A stretch of 64,000 nt of DNA from an uncultured Collinsella sp. (lineage in GTDB: Bacteria; Actinomycetota; Coriobacteriia; Coriobacteriales; Coriobacteriaceae): contig UQIW01000008.1 in NCBI GenBank assembly GCA_900541235.1, positions 5,910-69,909 on the forward strand. Direction: 5' to 3'. Of the stretch, positions 1-8,300 are shown in pieces; position 1 is the stretch's first letter; the number at the start of each line of letters is the position of its first letter. The notes below the pieces were generated by a model, which was given only the letters and a program-made list of their open reading frames with translations, had not been told where the DNA came from and searched no databases. The position numbers and the translations under genes were made by a program.

Positions 1-576
1 GCCCTTGTTGGCCGAGACAAGGATGTTGGGGAACGTGGTGGGCAGCAGGCGCGGCTCCTTCATGGCACCGTCGTAGCTGTCGACGAAGTCGACCGGGTTC
101 TTGTCGATGTCCTTGAAGATCTCGGCACTGATGGGGGAGAGCTTGGCCTCGGTATAACGCGAGGCGGCATAGCTTAGATCACCCGAATAGTACTTACCAA
201 AGTTGCCCTTCGACTCCACGAAGGGGGCGAGCAGCGCCTCGTTGCCGGTTGCTAGACGCACCATCGTCTCGTAGATCGCGGCATCGCCGTGAGGGTTGAG
301 CTTCATGGTCTGGCCCACAATGTTGGCGCTCTTCTGGCGCTCGCCCTTGAGCAGACCCATCTTGTACATGGTGTAGAGCAGCTTGCGGTGCGAGGGCTTA
401 AAGCCGTCGATCTCGGGGAATGCACGCGAGACGTTGACGCTCATGGCGTAGGGCATGTAGTTGACCTCGAGCGTCTGTGTGATCGGCTGGTCGGTGACCT
501 CGGAGTGCAGGCCGATGACGTTCTCGGCGTTAACCTGCTTTTTCTTTGGCTGGTTCTTCGTCTTCTTCTTTGCCAC
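1..576 (-). CDS. Type IIA DNA topoisomerase subunit A (GyrA/ParC family), N-terminal part; the gene continues beyond the window start
   Basis: Reverse-strand translation from the GTG at 576 gives MAKKKTKNQPKKK...YAMSVNVSRAFPEIDGFKPSHRKLLYTMYKM...LNPHGDAAIYETMVRL...SRYTEAKLS...FPNILVSANKG. This shows the catalytic-Tyr region motifs of GyrA/ParC. It lies 45 nt downstream of the B subunit on the same strand. Confidence 0.8.
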   Translation of the reverse strand, partial: MAKKKTKNQPKKKQVNAENVIGLHSEVTDQPITQTLEVNYMPYAMSVNVSRAFPEIDGFKPSHRKLLYTMYKMGLLKGERQKSANIVGQTMKLNPHGDAAIYETMVRLATGNEALLAPFVESKGNFGKYYSGDLSYAASRYTEAKLSPISAEIFKDIDKNPVDFVDSYDGAMKEPRLLPTTFPNILVSANKG

Positions 577-621
577 GATTTCCTCTTGAACTTATTATGG
601 GCCGTCGTTATCGATTTGCTG

Positions 622-2619
622 CTATTGCAGGTCCAGCTGGTCCAGGTATTCCTTGCCGTGCTCGGAGATATGGCGCTTGCGGCCTGCCTCGTCGTTGCCC
701 AGCAACAGATTGAACATGGTTTCCATCTTGGTGACGTCCTCGGGCTCCACCTTGATCAGGCGGCGCGTCTCGGGGTTCATGGTGGTGAGCCACATCATGT
801 CCGGGTCGTTCTCACCAAGACCCTTGGAGCGGTTGATGGAGCATTTCTGGTCGCCGATCTCCTTAAGAATGCCGTTCTTCTCGAGCTCGGTGTAGGCAAA
901 GTAGGTCTTCTCTTTGCAGTTGATCTCGTAGAGCGGCGACTCGGCGATATAGACGTAGCCCTCGTCGATAAGCGTGGGCACCAGACGATAGAGCATGGTG
1001 AGCACAAGCGTGCGGATGTGATAGCCGTCGACGTCGGCGTCCGTACAGATAATGACCTTGTTCCAGTTGAGGTTGTCCAGGTCAAAGACACCGAGGTTCT
1101 TAATGCGCTTGTCCTTGATTTCCACGCCGCAGCCCAGCACGCGCATGAGATCCATGATGATGTCGGACTTAAAGATGCGCGGATAATCCTCCTTCAGGCA
1201 GTTGAGAATCTTACCGCGGACGGGCATAACGCCCTGGAACTCGGCATCGCGCGAGGTGCGAATGGCGCCTGCTGCCGAGTCGCCCTCTACGATGTAGATC
1301 TCGCGGCGGCTCTTGTCCTTGGAGCGGCAGTCGATGAACTTCTGCACGCGGTTGGCCATGTCGGTCTTCTGCTGCAGGTTGGTCTTGATGCTCTGACGCG
1401 TCTTCTCGGCGTTCTCGCGCGAGCGCTTGTTGATGAGCACCTGCTCCATGATCTTGTTGGCGGCGTCTTTATTCTCGATCAAGTAGGTCGAGAGGCGCTC
1501 CTTAAAGAAGGCCGTCATAGCCTGCTGGATAAAGCGGTTATTGATGGCCTTCTTGGTCTGGTTTTCGTAGGACGTCTGGGTGGAGAAGCAGTTGGTCACC
1601 AGCACCAGACAGTCCTGGACGTCCTGCCACTTAATGCCGCTCTCGTTTTTGTTGTACTTGCCTTGTTGCTTGATGTAGGCATCGATGGCGCTGGTCAGAG
1701 CGCTACGGGCCGCCTTCTCGGGTGAGCCGCCGTTCTCGAGCCACGATGAGTTGTGGTAGTACTCCTGCATCATGAAGGTGCGCGAGAAGCACATGCACGC
1801 GGTGATTTTTACGTTGTAATCGGGCAGGTCCTCGCGATCGCGACCGCGACGGTCGGCCTCGATAAAGAAGGGCTCGGTAAGGTAGTCGGTACCGACCTTC
1901 TCGAGCACGTAGTCCTCGATGCCCTTGGGATAGCAAAAATCCTCTTCGGAAAACTCGCCATCGTCGCCCTCGATACGCAGGCGGAAGGTCACGTTAGCGT
2001 TGACCACGGCCTGACGGCGCATGGTTTCGCGATACCAATCGTGGGGAATGCTAATCGAGGTAAAGACCTCAAGATCGGGGCGCCACTTGATGGTGGTGCC
2101 GGTGCGGTTCTCGTCGCTGGGCTCAATCTCGAGTGCCTTCTTTTTGGCACCGACGACCTTGCCTTTTTTAAAGTGCAGGGAGTACTTGTTACCGTCACGC
2201 CAGACGGTGACGTCCATGTACTCGGAAGCGTACTGGGTCGCGCAGGAGCCCAGGCCGTTGGTGCCGAGCGAGAAGTCGTAGTCGCCGCCCTGGTTGTTGT
2301 TATACTTGCCACCGGCGTAGAGCTCGCAGAAGACGAGCTCCCAGTTAAAGCGCTTCTCGGAAGGGTTCCAGTCGAGCGGGCAGCCACGGCCATTGTCCTC
2401 TACCTGGATAGAGCCATCGCGAAAGGCGGTAAGGGTGATGAGCTTGCCGTAGCCCTGGCGTGCCTCGTCAACGGCGTTGGACAGGATCTCGAAGGCGGCA
2501 TGCGCGCAGCCATCGAGTCCGTCCGAGCCAAAGATGACGGCGGGGCGCAGGCGTACGCGCTCCTCGTCCTTGAGCTGACGAATACTGTCGTTACCATAGT
2601 TTGCGGTGTTTTTTGCCAT
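622..2619 (-). CDS. Type IIA DNA topoisomerase (ATP-hydrolyzing) subunit B, GyrB/ParE family, 665 aa
   Basis: The GHKL ATPase motifs are present (FEILSNAVDEA, VEDNGRGCP, YAGGKY). A TOPRIM domain is present (YIVEGDSAAG, CTDADVDGYHIRTL), and the C-terminus has KGLGENDPDMMWLTTMNPETRR. Confidence 0.85.
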   Translation of the reverse strand: MAKNTANYGNDSIRQLKDEERVRLRPAVIFGSDGLDGCAHAAFEILSNAVDEARQGYGKLITLTAFRDGSIQVEDNGRGCPLDWNPSEKRFNWELVFCELYAGGKYNNNQGGDYDFSLGTNGLGSCATQYASEYMDVTVWRDGNKYSLHFKKGKVVGAKKKALEIEPSDENRTGTTIKWRPDLEVFTSISIPHDWYRETMRRQAVVNANVTFRLRIEGDDGEFSEEDFCYPKGIEDYVLEKVGTDYLTEPFFIEADRRGRDREDLPDYNVKITACMCFSRTFMMQEYYHNSSWLENGGSPEKAARSALTSAIDAYIKQQGKYNKNESGIKWQDVQDCLVLVTNCFSTQTSYENQTKKAINNRFIQQAMTAFFKERLSTYLIENKDAANKIMEQVLINKRSRENAEKTRQSIKTNLQQKTDMANRVQKFIDCRSKDKSRREIYIVEGDSAAGAIRTSRDAEFQGVMPVRGKILNCLKEDYPRIFKSDIIMDLMRVLGCGVEIKDKRIKNLGVFDLDNLNWNKVIICTDADVDGYHIRTLVLTMLYRLVPTLIDEGYVYIAESPLYEINCKEKTYFAYTELEKNGILKEIGDQKCSINRSKGLGENDPDMMWLTTMNPETRRLIKVEPEDVTKMETMFNLLLGNDEAGRKRHISEHGKEYLDQLDLQ

Positions 2620-2772
2620 GCTCGCTCTCTTGGTACTTCCTCTTGTGTATTTAAGTCGTATAGATAGTCAAGGTAGCATAGCCCAGCCCGTGGGCGATTC
2701 CAACCAACACGAAATCCATCGAACAATCGTTCGATTAGATAATGAATGCTTGGAATGCGGGAGGGGCCTGTC

Positions 2773-4155
2773 CTATCCAAACATCTGCGGTAGGTCGATG
2801 AAGACGGTTCGATCGCTTTCGCCAGCTTCGAAGCCCGAACGGGAGAAGAATCCATAGCGATGGCACTTGAGCCCCGTTGCCTCGACTTGGATGATTTCCT
2901 CGTCGACCATTTTTTGCGTGACGGGGGATTTGCGGAACTTTGCTTCGTAGAATGCGTAACCCTCGGGGTCTTGCGTTACCACATCGAACTCGCCGCTCGT
3001 CTTGTTTGCGGGATCGTCGTACCAGTACTTGCCTATGGCGTCGAAAGCCGGTTCGATCTTGCCGGTCCTGTTCTGCCGCACGAGGTATTGACGGCAGACC
3101 TCCTCGAACATATGAGGAACGTAGTTTTCCTCGAAGTCTTGGGAGACGTGACGATCATAGAAGACTTCCGGGTCGAGCAGCTGACGCGCCGAGGCATTGC
3201 GGAAAACATAGCGATAGTAAAAGAGCGAAAGCGGATCCACTACAAAGTAGCCGGACTTACGCTTGTTCGTAGGGTCGTTGATGGGTGCACGCTTTTGGAC
3301 GATTTCGAGTGACATGAGCTTGTCGAGCACGTCTGCCATGGCCGGACCGCTCGAGACGTGCGACTGTGCCAGCACGTCCCCCCAACGGGAGTAACCTTGT
3401 GCGAGAGCCCCGAAAACTTCGTTGGCGTTGGTCATCTTCGAGATCTCGGCGTTGAGATAGGACGGCACCTCGCTTTCTAAGCGGGCGCCAGGTTCCGTGA
3501 CGAGCTCGATGATGTTGTTGCGTACGCTTTGGGATTGATCGATGAGGCGATTGTAAAAGGGGATGCCGCCAAAAACGCTATAGAGCCGCACCTTGTCCTC
3601 GGGCGAGAACGCGGGATAGAACTTCGCAGCGTCAAAGTAATCCATGGGCTTAAGCTCAAGCGCGAGATCAATTCGCCCGTAGAGGGGGCTTTCATGCTCG
3701 ATGAGGGATTTCATAATCTCAACGTAGGAGCCGCACAGGACAATGTTTAAACGTGAGTCTTCCCTGTGAGCGTCGATTGAGGTCTGAAGAATGCTGTCTA
3801 AGCCCTTAACCGCATCTCTCAAGTAGGGGTATTCGTCGAGAACGAGGGTAATGTTCTTGTCTTTGGCTTGGGCAAACAGAAATTCGATGAGCTCGCGGAT
3901 GCCTGTGAAGGCGAGCGGAGGAAAGCTCAGCGTTTCAGCAACAAGGGCGGACAGACTCTCGAGGTTGTCTGCCTCGGAGGTTTGGCGGCACTCGTAATAG
4001 ACCGTTGCGACGTCCGACAAATCGGTTAGCGCCTGCTTGATGAGCTCACTTTTTCCGACGCGACGCCTGCCGTAAATGAGAACATTGCGCTGCTCAGGTG
4101 CTTTGAGCGTTTTCTTAATACGGGCGAGTTCACGCTCCCTGCCAATGAATTCCAC
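2773..4155 (-). CDS. AAA+ ATPase of the COG1672/Arch_ATPase type with a C-terminal DUF234-like domain
   Basis: It starts MEFIGRERELARIKKTL and has a Walker A (YGRRRVGKSEL) and Walker B (LVLDEYPYL). It has a GTG start at 4155. Confidence 0.7.
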   Translation of the reverse strand: MEFIGRERELARIKKTLKAPEQRNVLIYGRRRVGKSELIKQALTDLSDVATVYYECRQTSEADNLESLSALVAETLSFPPLAFTGIRELIEFLFAQAKDKNITLVLDEYPYLRDAVKGLDSILQTSIDAHREDSRLNIVLCGSYVEIMKSLIEHESPLYGRIDLALELKPMDYFDAAKFYPAFSPEDKVRLYSVFGGIPFYNRLIDQSQSVRNNIIELVTEPGARLESEVPSYLNAEISKMTNANEVFGALAQGYSRWGDVLAQSHVSSGPAMADVLDKLMSLEIVQKRAPINDPTNKRKSGYFVVDPLSLFYYRYVFRNASARQLLDPEVFYDRHVSQDFEENYVPHMFEEVCRQYLVRQNRTGKIEPAFDAIGKYWYDDPANKTSGEFDVVTQDPEGYAFYEAKFRKSPVTQKMVDEEIIQVEATGLKCHRYGFFSRSGFEAGESDRTVFIDLPQMFG

Positions 4156-4157
4156 TT

Positions 4158-4260
4158 ACTCGGTTCCTTCCGACTCGGTTTTGTCCGAGTTAATTGTATC
4201 GCATGAATCAGTTTATGCTCGAGTTTACTCGGACAAAACCGAGTCGGTTCTGTCCGAGTA
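4158..4260. promoter_or_regulatory. Array of palindromic operator-like sites (ACTCGG-N6-CCGAGT) between the divergent ATPase and XRE genes
   Basis: ACTCGGttttgtCCGAGT lies at 4173-4190 and ACTCGGacaaaaCCGAGT at 4227-4244. Extra ACTCGG/CCGAGT hexamers lie at 4158, 4241 and 4254. Overall this forms a 33-nt imperfect inverted repeat, 4158-4190 versus 4227-4260. Confidence 0.4.
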
Positions 4261-4334
4261 AGTTTGAATAGTGAACCGAAGTTGTAATGTCCGCATGGCG
4301 ATGACGAACATGGTTTCCATAATGACAGATATAG

Positions 4335-4363
4335 TTGACATCTTCTGATAGATGCAATATATT
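4335..4363 (+). promoter_or_regulatory. Near-consensus sigma70 promoter for the XRE regulator gene
   Basis: TTGACA lies at 4335-4340 and a TATATT -10 at 4358-4363, with a 17-nt spacer. It is about 48 nt upstream of the ATG at 4412. Confidence 0.4.
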
Positions 4364-4411
4364 TCTGCCATGTTGCAACGGATATCTGTCCATTACCACG
4401 AAAGGAACTCC

Positions 4412-4642
4412 ATGCCGGGCAAAAAGAACCTACGCATGAAGGCGGCGCGCGCGGCGGTTGGCCTTTCGCAAGCTGACTTGGCCGAGGCCGTGGGCGTTAC
4501 GCGCCAGACCATCGGCCTGATCGAGGCGGGCGGCTACAACCCCACGCTCAATTTGTGCGTGGCAATCTGTAAAGCGCTACGCGTTACGTTGAACGACTTG
4601 TTTTGGGAAGACGAGAGCGACGTCGACCCTGACGCTCTTTAG
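4412..4642 (+). CDS. XRE-family helix-turn-helix transcriptional regulator, 76 aa
   Basis: LSQADLAEAVGVTRQTIGLIEAGGYNPTLNLCVAICKAL is a classic Cro/C1 HTH. An AAAGGAA ribosome-binding site precedes the ATG at 4412. Confidence 0.8.
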   Translation: MPGKKNLRMKAARAAVGLSQADLAEAVGVTRQTIGLIEAGGYNPTLNLCVAICKALRVTLNDLFWEDESDVDPDAL

Positions 4643-4651
4643 GAGTTCGCT

Positions 4652-5236
4652 ATGAAATTTGAAGATTTAAAACTCGTGCAAAAGTGGCGTGAATATGCCG
4701 GCCCAAAGGATGAGCGCCTGGAGGCTGAGAACGCGAAGATCTACAAGATTGGTTTCGTGCTGCTTTCGTTTGGCATGTTGATGATCTTTTTCTACCAGTT
4801 TATAGCTCGACAGGTTGCGTGGGTTCACAGCGACGTCAGTGAAATGCCGCATGGCTTTGCAACGCCGTTCGAGGCGGCCATGTATTTGTGGCTCGTTCTC
4901 GTGATGTTGATTTGCGCAGGACTGCAAACGCGGAAGGGCTATGTCGATACCAATCGTTTTGGGCAAACCGAGCATCTTCCTGTTGGATATTTCCTGCTTC
5001 TCAGCGGTCTTAGCGGCACCGCGTTCGCGCTTGTTATTGCCGCAATGCGCTGTATCGCTGAGGCGCAGATCGTACCGCTCGAAAGCGTCTTTTGGTTGGC
5101 GAACCTGGCCACGGGCGTGTTCTGCGGTGCGACGATTTTCGCGGCCACGTTTGCTGCCCTGTGCGCAACGTTTTTCACGGCGAAAAGACGCCGTGCCAAG
5201 CTCGAGGCAGAACTCGACTCCTCTGACGACATCTAA
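4652..5236 (+). CDS. Integral membrane protein, DUF2178-like partner of a small XRE regulator
   Basis: It has four predicted TM segments. It lies 10 nt after the XRE gene stop, which is the typical XRE-plus-membrane-protein pair. Confidence 0.65.
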   Translation: MKFEDLKLVQKWREYAGPKDERLEAENAKIYKIGFVLLSFGMLMIFFYQFIARQVAWVHSDVSEMPHGFATPFEAAMYLWLVLVMLICAGLQTRKGYVDTNRFGQTEHLPVGYFLLLSGLSGTAFALVIAAMRCIAEAQIVPLESVFWLANLATGVFCGATIFAATFAALCATFFTAKRRRAKLEAELDSSDDI

Positions 5237-5241
5237 TGCGT

Positions 5242-5280
5242 AATGGGCTGGCTCTGGGTATTCAGAACCAGCCCATTTGA
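5242..5280. terminator. Bidirectional intrinsic terminator hairpin between convergent genes
   Basis: A 10-bp stem, AATGGGCTGG/CCAGCCCATT, has a 16-nt loop and is followed by TTTGATGTT. It sits between the stop at 5236 (plus) and the stop at 5326 (minus). Confidence 0.45.
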
Positions 5281-5325
5281 TGTTCGATGAGCCGAGTCGG
5301 CGCCTCTCACAAAAGTAACTAGGAG

Positions 5326-8300
5326 CTAGCGAGGCCTATCCGAATTGGCCTCATTGGCGGTGTCGATCTCGAGCGCCGTGCGGCGGGCGCTGTAGGCGAC
5401 AAGGCCAGCACCAGCCGCGGCGAGTGCTGCAGCGGCTGCCGTGAGGGGAGCGTTGGCATCGCCCGTGCCCGCAAGCGCGCCCGCTTTTCCGGAGCGCTTG
5501 TTATTGCCGTGGTCCTTGCCACTGCCGGAGCTGCTTCCGCCGGAGCCGCCGCCCTCGTCAGTACCGCCGCCACTTGAGCCACCATCGCCGTCCGCCGTCA
5601 TCGGGGCGTCGTGAAGCCCTGTGGCGTCCGCGCTGTCGCATACGCCGACCTGAACTTCTGAGCGTTCGCATGCCGCGTCGGGCACGTGGAGCTCGTGCAG
5701 TACAGCACCCAGCGCCGAGTTCGCGCCCGGTCGAATTTCTTCGAGCGTTACGGGATCGAGCGCCACCAGATTACGCGCCTTCGCATACAGCGTTACGCGT
5801 TTGCCCACTTCGTCGCTCCAACTCTCGGGGATGGCGAAGCTCATGCGGAACTGTGCCGTGCAACCCGGTGCCAGCACGGCGTTGCCACTGTCGGCTACCA
5901 GCGGGTGCGTTGCAAAAGGTGTGCCCAGCGTTTCGAGCGCGTACTTCACGTGTGCCATGTCGTTGACCGAAGCGTCCTCGGCAAGCTCTGGATCGTAGAT
6001 CGATGCCATGCGTGTGTTCGCTCCGAACCCGATGGATGCGCTGGAGAACGGCTGGCTGGAGCCCTCTCGGTACAGATCGATTGTGCCGGCGGTCAGCAAG
6101 GTGTTGCCGTCGTTTCGCACCGTGACCATGAAGGATTCGCCTGCTGCTCCGGGCACCACCGCGCCCGAGGTAGCGACTGCGCCCGTCGGGGTGGCACACG
6201 CCACCAAGGGCACTTCGATGCCGTGTAGTTCTGCCTCGCTCTTCTCCGCGCTCACAATGTGCGTGGCGAGCGCGGAGAGCATGCTCCCCGACGTCAAAAA
6301 TGTCGTTATCTGATCGACGGGATGGTCCAGCTCGCACATCACGAACGGCTCCGTAAACAGATCGCCTGCCAAGGTGCTGGCGAAGATGCGGAAGTGCTTG
6401 CCCATCACTGCTACCGGGTTGCCTTCTTCGTCGTAGGTTTGCCCCACCTTGCCATCGGTGTTCTCTACATAGAGCACGCACCTGCCGTTGTTGCTTACGC
6501 TAAACGATGCCGGGCCACAGCCTGCGGCACCCACGGGCTGCGTTGCAAATGCCGATGCGCCTCGCGTCCAAGTAATATGCTGCAGTTGCTCGTTGACGGT
6601 AGCCAAAAAGCCCGTGTGCTGCGGCCACGGCACCGCGTGGGGTACTGTGGCATCTGGCGACATAACGCCCCAGCTCGCAATGGACTGGCCGATCACGGCG
6701 TACGATGCACAGCCACAACCGCCTGCGGTCTCGTATGCAATGGGCACCACCATTTTGCCGTTGATATTCTCGGGCGCGCCGAGCTCGATGCTCGACGGTG
6801 CCTGCGGAAAGCGGAGGACCTGACGGAACGTGAGACTGTCGCCCGAAACGTCCGACCACAGGGTAAAGCACTCCAGCGCAACCTCGGCCTCGCTGCCGAG
6901 CGTCTTTTCTGCGGTGGTTCCGCGGCGGTGGAGGTAGGCGCCCGACAGGCGCCCGTCGACAAGTGTCTTGCCCACCGTGATGCGTGGGCACTGCAGGCAA
7001 TGGTAGCCATCCTCCTGAAGGCGGCCGCGCGAGATGCTGCGCCACGACGTGTGCGATATCACGCGAACTCCGTCGTTGCTTATGCGCAGGCGCACAACGG
7101 ACAGTATGCCGGATGTGCTCGCCGTATCGAAAAGGGTGTTGTCGCCGGCGGGGCGCTCGCCCGAGACCAGCAGCACGTAGGCGTCCTGGTTTCCTCTTCC
7201 GTCCGTATATTCCACTACGTCGAAGTCGTAATCGTATATGCTGTCGCGCTCCACGTCGCCCTCGCCAAACCCAAGGGGAAAGTCCACAGGCGTGGGAGCG
7301 GACCACGTCCCGTTTGCCTTTGTGTGTACCACCAGGCGCGAGCGACCATTGTCGCCGTAGCGCACCGAGGCGATACGGAACAGGCATTCTACGCCGGCAA
7401 TCATTGCCAGCTTCATGTGGGCTTCGCTGAGCACGCCAGCAAACAGCACGTTGTCGCTCGAGGGCTTGATGCCGCCACGCTCGTCCTCCGACACGCCGGC
7501 AGAATCGGCGTTCGGGTCGGCAACGGTGTTCGTTGCCTGACCGATGTAGGTGTACTCATACATCGGCGCGGCGTTTTCGTCGTTCTCTATCAGTGCATGG
7601 ACGAAATGCTCGATCTGTCCCGTGTCGTCGCTTTCTGCATCCGCCTCGAGCTCAATGCGCGTGACCGCCCGATCCCAATCGCGCACGACAGGCGCGGCGT
7701 TTACGGCAGTGGCCTTAACCTCGGCGCGTGCGAGCAGCTCGGCGTTGGTGACGATGGTGGCCGATGCGATAAATTGCGGAACGCCGCCCGCCTCGATGTT
7801 GCCGGGCGTGCCGAAGCGGGCGTCCAGCGTGTAAGGCGTATCTCCACCCAATGCGAGCTCAGAGCGCTGGAGCGCATACTGGTCGCCATTGTTCACCGAC
7901 ATATTCCACGAATCGATGAGTGTGGGCCACGACCCCGACCAAGCCTTGGTGGTCCACTTGAACATTACGAACTGGAGTATCACATCGACATCGACGTCTG
8001 CACCTACGCGCAGTCGCGGAAGCTGGTGTCCATCCGCCTTCTCGTACCCAATGAACAGCGTGAGGGATGCGGCGCCGCGCACGGCAGACGAAGCGACGCC
8101 TGCAACGCCGGCGCCAAAGGTGACGGCGAGCCCGATCTGGATGGTGAACGAGCCCGACGTGTTTGAATAGTCGAGCGAAATGTTTTTAAAAAACGCCGCG
8201 CCGCTGCCGTGCGTGTGGGCACCCACGGCGAGCGCCAGTTTTGCCAGCACCCAGGGGTTGACGTTTAGGAAAAATGGCACCGGTCCTAGGGTAAACTGCT

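Noticed and set aside
4208-4399. 63-aa minus-strand ORF in the XRE promoter region
   Set aside because: It spans the predicted -35/-10 and the operator repeats. It has no ribosome-binding site and a His/Asn-rich odd composition.
6259-8166. 635-aa plus-strand ORF and many other 60-300 aa ORFs overlapping the giant minus-strand gene
   Set aside because: They have Arg/Ala/His-rich low-complexity composition typical of antisense frames in high-GC DNA, and they are fully contained within a much longer, protein-like ORF on the other strand.
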